From an uncultured Verrucomicrobiae bacterium (GTDB lineage: Bacteria; Verrucomicrobiota; Verrucomicrobiia; Chthoniobacterales; Chthoniobacteraceae): DNA of 64,000 nt. Below are positions 19,352-30,407 of this stretch, in pieces. The stretch spans positions 103,506 to 167,505 of the forward strand of contig CAWIKF010000001.1 in NCBI GenBank assembly GCA_963836755.1, given 5' to 3'. The notes under the pieces were generated by a model that was not told where the DNA came from, ran no database searches, and saw only the letters and a program-made list of their open reading frames with translations. Position numbers and translations under genes: made by a program. Position 1 is the stretch's first letter, and the number at the start of each line of letters is the position of its first letter.

Positions 19352-20701
19352 TCAGGTGGTGAGAACGGCCGCTGGAACGTCTTCCGGCAGGCATGCTTCG
19401 ACCAACACAGTCTCGAATAGCCGCGCGAGATTTTCCACGTCGGATTGTGGAAAAAGTTTCGGGCGGAAAAGCCATACGACTTCGAGTTCGTCCTCTTGCT
19501 CAGTGATTTCGCACGCGAGGTGAAAGCGCGCCGTGCCCGTCGAGCGCATCCGCAGTTTCGCCGAGAGGCCGGGCAGCTCGATGTCGGGCACCGGATGATT
19601 CTGCAAAGCAAAGCGCACTTCAAAAATCGGGTTGTGGCCCGGCGCTGCCGAATCGCCGAGTGCGCGCATTAACTCGGCAAACGGCATCGCATTCGCGAAG
19701 CAATCGACGGTCGTCTGATGCACCGCGCGCACGCTTGCGGGAAACGGTCGCGCGTGATCCGCGCGTCCCCGCAGCGGCACTATCCCAGCGAAGTATCCCA
19801 TCGTTTCGTCGAGAGATTGCTTCGTGCGATTCGCTACCGGCGTGCCGACGACGATGTAGTCCGCACCGGTCCAGCGCGAGAACGCTAGCTGAAATGCCGC
19901 CAGCAGCGTGCTGAAGAGTGTCGCGCTGCAACGGCGCGTGAGCTCGCGCGCGGCGCTCGCGAGGTCGGCAGGGAAATGGTTGACGATCCGCTGCGGCGAC
20001 CCCGACGCAGTGTCCGATCCTTCAAGATGACTCCAAAGCCGCCTATGCCCCGCGAGGTGCGATTTCCAAAATGCCACGCGCGCCTCCATCTGCGATGGCT
20101 GCCAAAACGCGCGTTCAGCGGCGCCCCACGCGGTGTAGCTTTGCGCCACGGTCGGCAGCGATTCGTTGATGCCGCGCACGCGCTGGAAGTAGGCGAGGCA
20201 AAGTTCCTGGATGAAAAGCCCGAGCGTCCATCCATCAGCGATCGCATGGTGAATCGCGAAAACGAGCACGTGGTCGTCCGGCGCGCGGCGCAACAGTTCG
20301 ACGCGATAGAGCGGCCCTTGCAACAGATCGAACGGCTTGTTGAAAATCTCCCGCGCAATTTCCTCGACGGCCTCAGGCGAGCACTGCGACGGCGACAATT
20401 CGCGGAAGCGAAAACTTACTGGACCATCCTCGCGGATCATTTGCAGAGGTCGATCTTTGCCCGGAAGAAAAGAGACACGCAGCGCTTCCTGTCGCTGGAC
20501 GACTTGCAGCAGCGCGCCCTTGCCATCCTCGGGGGTCACCTTGCCGCGCACTTCGATGAGGCAGCAGATATGGTTCGCGACATCCGCCGCAGGCACTGGC
20601 GACGCCTCCCACAATTCGCGCTGCGGAAAGGTCAGCGGCTGGAGGCGGATTTCGCCGCGCTCCAGTTTCTGTTTCAAGAGTGCGCGTTTGTCGGCGGACA
20701 T
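19352..20701 (-). CDS. Free-standing condensation-domain protein (NRPS C / PapA-like acyltransferase fold)
   Basis: 449 aa from ATG 20701. Intact HHAIADGW (HHxxxDG) motif at about 20227-20255. No A, T or TE domain attached. Confidence 0.85.
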   Translation of the reverse strand: MSADKRALLKQKLERGEIRLQPLTFPQRELWEASPVPAADVANHICCLIEVRGKVTPEDGKGALLQVVQRQEALRVSFLPGKDRPLQMIREDGPVSFRFRELSPSQCSPEAVEEIAREIFNKPFDLLQGPLYRVELLRRAPDDHVLVFAIHHAIADGWTLGLFIQELCLAYFQRVRGINESLPTVAQSYTAWGAAERAFWQPSQMEARVAFWKSHLAGHRRLWSHLEGSDTASGSPQRIVNHFPADLASAARELTRRCSATLFSTLLAAFQLAFSRWTGADYIVVGTPVANRTKQSLDETMGYFAGIVPLRGRADHARPFPASVRAVHQTTVDCFANAMPFAELMRALGDSAAPGHNPIFEVRFALQNHPVPDIELPGLSAKLRMRSTGTARFHLACEITEQEDELEVVWLFRPKLFPQSDVENLARLFETVLVEACLPEDVPAAVLTT

Positions 20702-20708
20702 GACTGGG

Positions 20709-23700
20709 CTAGCGCGCGGCGCCGTGCGGATCGACGTTCTCGTCCGTGGTCGTTTCCGCACCGAGCAGGCTCTCGATGTCCTCGTCGGAAAGCGATTCGA
20801 GATCGACCTCCTCGGTCGCCACGACTTCGGCAGGCGCTGCGGCCGGTGCCGGCGCGGCCGCCGTGGTCTTGCCGCCCATGTGGCCGGCGATGAGCGTGGC
20901 GATCTGGCCAATGGTGCGGGCGCGCATAAGGCTCGTTGGGGGAAGGGCGACGCCGGTGGTTGCTTCGAGCGAATTCTCGATTTCGACGCCCATTAACGAA
21001 TCCAAACCGAGATCGGTCAGCGGTTGGTCGTCGCGAAGACTGTCCGGTTTCACGCGCAGGACGGAGCCGACGACTTCGCGCACGGCGGCAGCAATGATCG
21101 GCTCGCGTTCATTTGCTGGAGCTGATTCGATCTTATTTCGCCAGTCGCTCGTCACGCCGCCGCCTTCCTGATTTTCGACGGATGAGAGGATGCGTTCGAG
21201 CAGCGGATTTTCGGTCATGCTGCGGAAGAACTGCCGCCACTTCGCCCAATCCACGCGGATCGCGGCGACCTGCGTATTGCCGGCGACGAGCGACGATTCG
21301 AGGATCGACATCACTTCGCCTGGCGAGAGTTCAGTCGTGCCTTGCCGCGCGAGGAATTCGGCGACGCGTTCGTTGCGCGCAACGTAGCCTTCGCCGCCGA
21401 GCACGCCCCAGTTCATCGTGAGCGCGGGCAGGCCGAGTGCGCGACGGTGATGCGCGAGCGAGTCGAGGAAGGCATTGGCCGCGCCGTAATTTCCCTGCGC
21501 TGGATTTCCGAAGATGGTCGAGATGGACGAGAACATGACGAAGCAATCGAGCTTCATGTCGCGCGTGCCTTTGTGCAGCAGCCATGCGCCGTAGGCCTTC
21601 GGCGCCATGACGGTGCGCATCCGTTCGCGGTTGAGCGCGGCGAGCGGCGCGTCGTCGATGACCATCGCGAGATGGAAGACCCCGCGCAGCGGTTGATCGC
21701 CCGCGCGAATTTCCGCAAGCAGTCGCGCGATGTCTTTGTCCGAGCCGGCGTCGGCTTTCACCACGCGCACGCCGATGCCGCGGTCGCGCAGGCTTTGCAC
21801 GAAGGCTTCGCGTCTCGGGTGTCGCGGCGCCGCTGCGGCTGCTGAGCACGAGGTGCCGCGCGCCGCATTTCACCAGCCATTCGGCGAGCACTTTGCCGAA
21901 GCCGCCGAACGCGCCGGTGATGAGATAGCAGCCGTCCGGCTTGATCGCGAACGGCGGCGGGAGCGGTTCGCCGCGGCGCGGCACGAAGGCTTCGGGGAAT
22001 GACGACGACGACTTTGCCGATGTGCTTGCCGCTCGCCATGAGCCGGAACGCGGCGTCGATGCGGCACGCCGGGAAGGCGCGGAACGGCAGCGGGGCGAGC
22101 GCGCCCTTTTCCACGAGCGCGGCGATTTCGCCGAGCATGTCGCGCGTGAGCGATTCGTCGCCGCTGAAGACGGCGTCCATCGCGACGACGTGGAAGGAGG
22201 CGTTGCGGCGCAGATTCCACAGCGGGATGCGCGAGTTTTGGTAGATGTCGCGCTTGCCGATTTCGATGAAGCGGCCGAACTCCGAGAGGCACGAGAGGCC
22301 CATCGGAATGGCTTCGGCGGCGAGTGCGTTGAGGACGACATCCACGCCGCGGCGGTCCGGTGAGTTCCATCACGGCTTCGGCGAAATCGCCGCGGCGCGA
22401 ATCGATCACGTGCTTCACGCCGAGCGTTTCAAGCAGGGCGCGCTTGGTCGCGCTGCCGGCGCTGGCGATGACGGTCGCGCCGAGATGGTGCGCGATCTGA
22501 ATCGCCGCCATGCCGACGCCGCCCGCGCCCGCGTGGACGAGAATCGTTTCGCCCTTGCGGATGCGCGCGACGTTTTTCAGCGCGTGCCACGAAGTCATGA
22601 AGACGACTGGCAGCGTCGCCGCTTCCTCGAACGAAAGCTTGCCGGGGATGCGGCGCACATCGCCGCCGCGCGCGAGCGTCTGCGTGGCGAGGCCGAAGAC
22701 GGCGAGGCCGAAGACGCGGTCGCCGGGCGCGACGTGCGTGACGTCGCTGCCGACCGCGCGGACGATGCCGCCGATTTCGTCGCCGAAGATGCGCGCGTCC
22801 GGAGCTTCGCCGGGGTAAAGCGCGAGCGCCTTGAGCACATCGCGGAAGTTCATGCCCGCGGCTTTGACATCAATGAGCACTTCATTCGGCGCGCACGCTG
22901 GCAGTGCGAATGGCGCGAAGCGCAGCGTGTCGAGGTGGCCGCGCTCGCGCGATTCCAGGCGCAGCGGGATTTCTGGCGCGAGCGTTTGCTGCACGGTCGG
23001 GCGGCCGCGCGAGAGGCGCTGCACGTAGCGCGCGTCGCCGCGGAAGGCGACTTCGCGCTCGATGTCGGCGCGCTGCAATTCGCGCCAGAGCAAGGCGGCA
23101 TCAGCCTCGGAAGGCGACGGCGGCAAGTCGATGCCGCGGCAGGCGAGATTCGAGTATTCGTTGAGGATGACGCGGAAAAGTCCGACGGCGGGCGCTTGCG
23201 CGACGGTCGTGGCGAACGGCTCGCGGCCCACGGCTTGCGCGCCGCGCGTGATAGCGTCGATGCGCACTTTGCCGCCGGGGTTTGTAGCTTCGAGCGCCTG
23301 CGCGAGGTGCAGCAGCGCGTCGGTGCCCATGAGCGCGTCGGCGGGTTCGGCGGGAGCGTCGAGATTCCACAAATAGACGATGCGCTCGACCGGCGGTTCG
23401 AGGAGCTGCTTCAAATCTTCCGGTGCCTCCGCGCGCAAGACGGTGCGGCAGCGGGCACCGGCGGCGCGAATCTGCGCGGCGAGTTTTGCGCCGAGTCCGG
23501 CGGCATCGGCGAAGATGAGCCAGGATTTTTCGGCGGGCGCATCGGTCGGTGTGGACGCGATGGGCAGTGTGGACCACGCCTTTCGCGCGAGGGCACAGAA
23601 CTGGCCCTCACCGCCGGTCGGACCGATGAGGCCGGGGAGCGATGCGGTCTCGCTGAAGCCCACGCCCAGCAGCGCGCGCTCCCACTGCGCGCGGTCGAGC

Positions 23701-26700
23701 AGCGGCTGCTCGGGGCGCAGATCGCGGTCGGTGAAACGCCACCAGCCGCTGGTGAGGCCGAAGACGGTTTCGGTCCAAAGCATCGGCGTCGAGGTGTCCA
23801 TGAAGACGAGGCTGCCGCCGGGGGCGAGCAGGTCGCGCAGGTGGCCGAGCGTCGCGCGCACGTCGCTCACGGCGTGGAGCACATTGGTGCCGATGACGAA
23901 GTCGAACGAGTCCGCGGCGAGGTCTTGCTCGGTGCCGGATTTTTCGAGGTCGAAAATCTTGCACTCGACTTCGGGAAACGCGGCGAGCTTTTGCATCGCG
24001 CCGGGGAAGAAGCCCGCGGACACGTCGGTGAATGTGTAGCTGTGCAGTCCGCGCTGGAGCAGCGGGAGGACGTGCGCGGCGAGGCCGGCGGTGCCGCCGC
24101 CGACTTCGAGGATGCGCAGGCCGCGGCCCTCGGGCAGATGGCGCTCGGCCTCCTGCAACGTCGCGGCGATGGCCGCGAGCCACTGGCTGGTGTAGAGGCC
24201 GTCGCCGTAAAATTGGTCGAGCAAGTCTGCATTGGAGCCGGCGAAGAGCACTTGAACGGCTTCTTTTTCACCGCGCAAAATCGGGCCCAGTTCGGCGCAA
24301 TTTCCGGCGCAGAGCAGCGCCTCGGGAAGGTGGCCGGACTGCGAGCCGACGAACGCGCGCATTGTCTTCGTCGCGTTTTTCGCGGCGGTGGAAAATGTGG
24401 GCGTCGCGCGGTAGGCGTCGGCTTCTTTTGTCAAAAGTCCGCGCTTCACGAGTGTGGACATGAGGCGCTCGAAAACGGGCTGCATCGCGGCGGCGACCTT
24501 GAGCGACTTCGCGCTGAATTTTCCGCGTGCGCCCATGTCGCGCAGGCCGCGCGCGAGCTGTGATGCGGCGAGGTCGTCGCCAGCGCACATTGCGGCTTGG
24601 AGTTCTTCGCGGCCGCGCGTGGCGAGGACTTCGTCGAGCGCGTGTGCGGCGGCGGCGTGGAGTTGTTCGAGCGGGAGTGGCTTGGACGGAGTGGGCGCGA
24701 CGGACGCGGGCGTGCGTTCCCAATCGACGTGATAAAGCACGTCGCGCGTGCCGCCTGAAACGCCTGCGCGGCGGATGCCGGCGACGCTGATGGCGCGGAA
24801 GCCATCGACGAGCACGCACGGCTGGCCGGCGTCGTCGTAGATGCCGAGGCGGCCCTCGAAGAATTCGTCGTTGCAGTGGACTACGCTCGCGCGCACGCGC
24901 GCCGACGCGCCGGGCGTGCGGAGGAAAAGGATGCGTCCGAAACGCACCGGCAGCTTCATGCTCGAGCCGCGCGTCTCGACCGTCGAGCGGCCCGCGGAGA
25001 GGACGTGCAGCGCGCCATCGAGCAGCACGGGGTGCAGCGGATATTCGTCCGCGCGCTTCGCGATTTCCTCCGAGAGCGCGACGCGGCCCTGCGATTCACC
25101 CGCCGCCGCCGAGAGCTCGCGGACCGATCGGAACTCATCGCCGTATTTCAAGCCGAGGTCGGCCATGTAGCGGTAGAATGCCTCGACCTCGACAGGCTGC
25201 AGCGACGGATTTGCGTCGAGCGTCGAGTGGGCAAACGGCGACTCGGTGCGCTCGCCGCGCATCGAGCCGACGACGTGCAGCGACCACGACGCGCTGTTTT
25301 CAAAGCGGCTCTGAATGGCGAACGTGCGCTCGTTTTGATCGTAGGAAAACTCGATGCTCACGCCGGACGCGGGCTCGGGCAGGATGAGCGGTTTCCGGAT
25401 TTCGAAATCCTCGACGACGAACGCGCGGCCCTCGAACAACTGCACGCCGGCTTCGAGCACCAGCTCGACGAATCCGGCGGCGGGGAAGATGACATGACTG
25501 TCCACTTTGTGGTCCTTGAGGAAGGCCATGTGGCGCGCGTCGAGGCGCGCGACCCACGTGGGCGTGGCGCGCGGCAGACGGACATCGAACATGCCGCGTC
25601 CGCCGGGCGCGAGGCGGCCTTCGCGCCAATCGGCGGCTTCGTTCCACCAGCGCGCTTTGTCCCACGCGTAGGCGGGCAGCGCGAGCAGGCGGCGCGAGGG
25701 CGTCATCGCGGCGAAGTCGAGTGCGACGCCGGCGCGGTGCAGGTCGGTCGCGGTTTCGAGCAGCGACTCGTGCTCGCGTTCTCGGCGGGCGGAGGAAAAG
25801 ACAGGCGCCTTAGTGGTGCGCGCGGCGAGACATTCGTTGATGGATTGGACGAGCGCGGGATGCGCGCCGATTTCGAGCCACACGTCCACGCCGAAATCCG
25901 CGAGCGCATTCACCGCGGGCGCAAACTGCACGGGCTGCCGCACGCCGCGGCCCCAGTGCTCTGCGTCGCACGTTTCGCCCGCGCAGCGTTCGCCGGTGAC
26001 GGTGCTGAAAAATGGAATCGTGTCCGGCTGCGGCGCGAGATCGGCGATGGCAGCTTCGAGTTCCTCGGACGCGGGCCGCATGAGCGGGTGATGGAACGGA
26101 TGATCGACGCGCACGAGCCGCGCGAAGACGCCTTGCGGTTCCAGTTCGGCGAGCATCGCTTCGAGCGAAAGGCGCGGGCCGGCGAGGGTCAACGAACGCG
26201 GGCCGTTGATCGCGGCGATCGTGACCGTGCGGTCGTGGCGCGAGATGAGCGTGCGCGCTTCGTCTTCGCCGAGGCCGACGGCGAGCATGGTGCCTTCGCC
26301 GCGCGCGCAGCCATCCATGAAACGCGAACGCAGCACGATGACGCGCGCGCCTTCCTCAATGCTGAACACACCGGCAACGCACGCTGCGGCGATCTCGCCA
26401 ACGCTGTGCCCGACCACCGCCGCCGGCTCGATGCCCCACGAACTCCACAGCGCCGCGAGCGACACCTGCATCGCGAAAATCGCGGGCTGCGCGACTTCGG
26501 TGCGGTGCATTTGCGACGCCGCTTCGTCGCGCGCGAGTTCGTCGAGCAGCGAAAATTTCGCCCACGGTTTCATTGCGACGGCGCAGCGCTCCATCGTTGC
26601 GCGGAAGACCGGTTCGTGCCGCATAAGTTCGCGGCCCATGCCCCACCATTGCGGACCCTGGCCGCTCATCACGAAGGCCACGCGCGGCGCGTGCTCGGGG

Positions 26701-28300
26701 CGCGGGGTGAAGCTCGTGCGCGCCTTCACCGTCTCGCCTTTGACCCCGAATGCGTCGAGTTCCTGCACCAATTCGGGCATCGAATTCGCGATGACGGTGA
26801 GGCGGTGCTGATGATGATTGCGGCGCGCGCCGAGCGAGTAGACGAGGTCGGGCAGCATCGGCGAATCACCGTTGGCGTGCGCGCGCTCGTCGAGCCACTT
26901 CGCGAGCTGGAGCGCGGTGCCGCGCAGCGCTTCTTCCGAACGCGCGGAGAGGACGATGGGCCAAGGGCGTTCGACGGGTTCGTCGGCATGTTCATGGTGC
27001 GGGCGATGCGGCGGCTCCTCGAGGAGGACGTGCGCGTTCGCGCCGCCGAAGCCAAATGAGTTCACGCCCGCCATGCGCGGCCCGACCGTTTCGGGGAAAG
27101 GCTCGAGCGTGGTGTTTACGCGGAGCTTCAGCTTCTCGAAATCGATGTTCGGATTCGGCGTTTCAAAATGGAGATTCGCGGGAATCTGCCGGTGCTTGAG
27201 GACGAGCACGGCTTTGACGAGGCCGGCGACGCCCGCGGCGGTTTCCAAGTGGCCGAGGTTCGTTTTCACCGAGCCGATGACGAGCGGCTCCGTGCGGTCG
27301 GCGCAGAGTGCTTCCGCGAGCGCGTGAGCCTCAATCGGATCGCCGACCGCGGTGCCGGTGCCGTGCGCTTCGACGAAGCCGATCCGCGAGGGCGCGACGC
27401 CCGCGAGCTCGCAGGCGTCCTTCACGAGCTGCGCCTGCGCCTCGGGGCTCGGGAGCGAAATGCCGTTCGTGTGGCCGTCTTGATTCAGCGCGGTCGCGAC
27501 GATGACGCCGTGGATCGGGTCGCCGTCGGCGACGGCCTGCGAGTAGCGCTTGAGCAGCACCATGCCCGCGCCTTCGCCGCGCACGAAGCCGTTCGCGGAG
27601 GCGTCGAACGCCTTGCACTTTGCCCTCGGGCGAAAGCATCGACGCCTGCGAAAAGCCGATGAAGCCGCCAGGGGTGATCATCACCGTCACGCCGCCCGCG
27701 AGCGCGGTGTCGCCGCGGCCGGAGCGGATGTGCTCGCACGCCGCATGCACGGCGGTGAGCGCGGACGAGCATGCCGTGTCCATCGCGACGCTCGGTCCGC
27801 GCAGGTTCAGGCAGTAGGAAATCCGGTTGGCGGCGATGCTGTGCGCGCTGCCCGTCGGCGAATGCGCGGTGATGCCCGTGCGACTCCCACGGCGTGCCTT
27901 GGATCACTTGGTAATCATTGTGCGAAATGCCGACGAACACGCCGATGTCGGTGCCGTTTTCAAAATCGAGAACCAAACCTGCGTCTTCGATCGCCTCCCA
28001 GGCCGTCTCAAGAAGGAGACGTTGCTGGGGATCGACGTAGGGCGCCTCGCGCGGTGAGATCCCGAAAAACTGCGGGTCAAACTGATCGATGCCATCAATG
28101 AAGCCGCCGCGCCGCGCGACTGACTTTCCGACAATTCCTGGCTCGGCATCGTAAAAACGCTCGACATTCCACCGATCGGGCGGCACGTCGCCAACGGCCT
28201 CGCGACCCTCGACTAAAAGTTTCCAGAGCGCGTCCGGGTCGTTGACTCCTCCGGGAAATCGGCAACCAATTCCGATGATGGCAATGCGGTCTTTGGGCAT
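20709..28300 (-). pseudogene. Type I polyketide synthase KS-AT-DH-cMT-ER-KR-ACP, frame broken at five points (pseudogene or indel errors)
   Basis: One gene reconstructed from track ORFs 27485..28300, 27331..27783, 21870..27584, 21758..22345, 21331..22341 and 20709..21800. Anchors: DTACSS (Cys 27772-27774), GHSVG (26397-26411), HKVDSHVIFPAAG (~25478-25515), ILEVGGGTAGL (~24085-24115), LVHAGAGGVGM (~22510-22542), ITGAFGGFG (~21901-21930), LGLDSLMG (Ser 20997-20999). Frame switches at ~27871-27885, 27618-27622, 22348-22360, 21994-22003 and 21806-21816. Confidence 0.88.
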
Positions 28301-28469
28301 AAACTTTTAGCGTGCTGGAAGCGCGCGATTCACAGGTCGCAACACGGTTTCGTCAAGGTTCGATTTTTGTGCGGAGTTTTCAAAGCCTCCGCCTATTGGA
28401 CCTTGGTCTTACTCCGCTGGCACAAGAAACCCGTCGCCAACCAATGGCGTCCGCGTTAGAGGAAGAAAC

Positions 28470-30404
28470 ATGTGCGGCATCGCAGGCATTCTTGATCTCT
28501 CCGCGCGACGCACGGTGCCCGGCGAGATTGCCCGACAAATGGCCCGCGCCCTCGTGCATCGCGGTCCGGATGAAGAGGGTTTTCATTTCCGACCCGGCCT
28601 CGCGCTCGCCTCGCGCCGGTTGAGCATTGTCGGCCTCGCGGATGGGCAGCAGCCGGTGACGAACGAGGACGGGAGCGTTGTCGTGGTTTTCAACGGCGAA
28701 CTTTTCGATCATCTCGAAAAACGCGCGGAGCTGGAGGCGCGCGGACATCGATTGGTGAAGCACTGCGACACGGAGATCATTCCGCACCTTTGGGAGGAAC
28801 ATCAGCACGCGATGTGGGAGCGGCTGCGCGGGCAGTTTGCGATTGCGCTTTGGGACGAGCGACGACGGCGGCTCGCGCTCGGCCGCGACCGCTTCGGAAT
28901 CTGTCCGCTCTACTGGACGCGGCAGGGCGACTGGCTGCTCTTTGCGTCGGAAATTAAGGCGCTGCTTGCGTCGGGGATGGTGCCCGTGCGGCCGGACCGG
29001 CGCGGCATCGATCACATTTTTTCTTTCGCCGCGCTGCCGGGACCGATCACGTGCTTCGAGGGCGTGCAGTTGCTGCGCGCCGGGCACTACCTCGACATCG
29101 CGCCGGGCGGTGAAATCGTGGAGCGGGCCTATTGGGAAATGGATTTCCCCGACCATGGTGACGAGGAGCGCGGTGACGATCCGCGGAAACTCGTGGATGA
29201 ATTTGAGCGGGTCCTACTGCGTGCGGTGGATACGCGGTTAAAAGCGGACGTGCCGGTCGGCTCGTATCTGTCCGGGGGCGTCGATTCCAGCATGATCGCG
29301 GCGCTGGCCTGCCATTTGAAAGGCTCGGCAATCAACACCTACACGATTCGCGTGGATTCTCCCGAGCTGGACGAACTCGATGCTGCCAACCTCGTCGCGC
29401 GGCACATCAAGACAAAGCCGCCGGTCGTGCAGGAGTTTCGCGACAAGGACGCGGTAAATACTTATCCCGAGCTGATCCGAGCCGCCGAAGCGCCGGTGAT
29501 CGATACGTCGTGCGCGGCGCTGCTGCAGCTCGCGCGGCGCGTGCACGAGTGCGGGCAAAAAGTTGTGCTCACCGGCGAGGGCGCAGACGAATGGCTGGTC
29601 GGCTACCCATGGTATAAGGCGGCGAAGGTGATGGAGTATCTCGACATTCTGCCCGGCGTGCGGCTGAGCGACATGGCGCGGCGCAGCTATCTGCGGCTGA
29701 ACAAAGTGCCGCAATACCCGCGCGAATTTCGACGCGATGCCGAAGCTGCGGTTGGCGGCCCGAATGCGTGGATCGATTCCTACGGCCTGCTCGGCCTCTC
29801 AAAGCTCCGCTTTTACTCCGACTCGATGCACGCCATCCGCGAGCGGGCGAGGCCGTGGGAAGATTTGCAGATGCCGCTCGAACGCGCCAAGCGATGGCAT
29901 CCGCTCAACCGCGGCATCTGGATCGCGGGCCGCGTCACGCTCGCGGGACATTTGCTTCAGGCGAAGGGTGATCGCGTGTCGATGCATTCCTCCGTGGAAG
30001 TGCGGTATCCGTTTCTCGACGAGGAAGTTTTCGATTTCACGTCGCGCCTCGATCCGATGTGGAAATTGCGCGGCTTTCGCGACAAGCATCTGCTGCGAAT
30101 GCTCGCAGAGCGGTGGCTGCCGGCGTCAGTTTATCGGCGCCAAAAGGTCATCTTCCGCGCGCCGCTCGACAGTTTCCACATGGACCCGGAGCCGCCTTAC
30201 GTGGCGCAGCTTTTGAGCGAAGAATCGCTCTTGCGCACCGGCTACTTTGATCCCATCGCGGTGCAGCATTGGCGGCGCGCCTTTCGCCAAATGCGGCCGG
30301 GTTCATTGCCGCGGCTCTCGATTGAAGGCGGCCTCGCGGCAGTCGTGGCGACGCAGCTTTGGCACCACCTCTACATTGACGCTAGCCTCGCTGAACTGCC
30401 ATAG
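28470..30404 (+). CDS. asnB: Asparagine synthase (glutamine-hydrolysing) family amidotransferase
   Basis: 644-aa ORF. N-terminal nucleophile MCGIAG and PP-loop SGGVDSS. Divergent from the PKS with a 169-bp intergenic region. Confidence 0.9.
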   Translation: MCGIAGILDLSARRTVPGEIARQMARALVHRGPDEEGFHFRPGLALASRRLSIVGLADGQQPVTNEDGSVVVVFNGELFDHLEKRAELEARGHRLVKHCDTEIIPHLWEEHQHAMWERLRGQFAIALWDERRRRLALGRDRFGICPLYWTRQGDWLLFASEIKALLASGMVPVRPDRRGIDHIFSFAALPGPITCFEGVQLLRAGHYLDIAPGGEIVERAYWEMDFPDHGDEERGDDPRKLVDEFERVLLRAVDTRLKADVPVGSYLSGGVDSSMIAALACHLKGSAINTYTIRVDSPELDELDAANLVARHIKTKPPVVQEFRDKDAVNTYPELIRAAEAPVIDTSCAALLQLARRVHECGQKVVLTGEGADEWLVGYPWYKAAKVMEYLDILPGVRLSDMARRSYLRLNKVPQYPREFRRDAEAAVGGPNAWIDSYGLLGLSKLRFYSDSMHAIRERARPWEDLQMPLERAKRWHPLNRGIWIAGRVTLAGHLLQAKGDRVSMHSSVEVRYPFLDEEVFDFTSRLDPMWKLRGFRDKHLLRMLAERWLPASVYRRQKVIFRAPLDSFHMDPEPPYVAQLLSEESLLRTGYFDPIAVQHWRRAFRQMRPGSLPRLSIEGGLAAVVATQLWHHLYIDASLAELP

Positions 30405-30407
30405 GCG

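Noticed and set aside
22245-27059. Two very long plus-strand ORFs (22245..24563, 772 aa; 24876..27059, 727 aa) opposite the PKS
   Set aside because: Both are Arg/Gly/Ala-rich with no recognisable domains. The minus strand carries clear AT, DH, MT and ER motifs. Shadow ORFs.
20709-28300. Programmed ribosomal frameshifting as an explanation for the PKS frame breaks
   Set aside because: There are five independent sites in both directions. None has a slippery heptamer plus downstream structure. Indel error or decay is far more economical.
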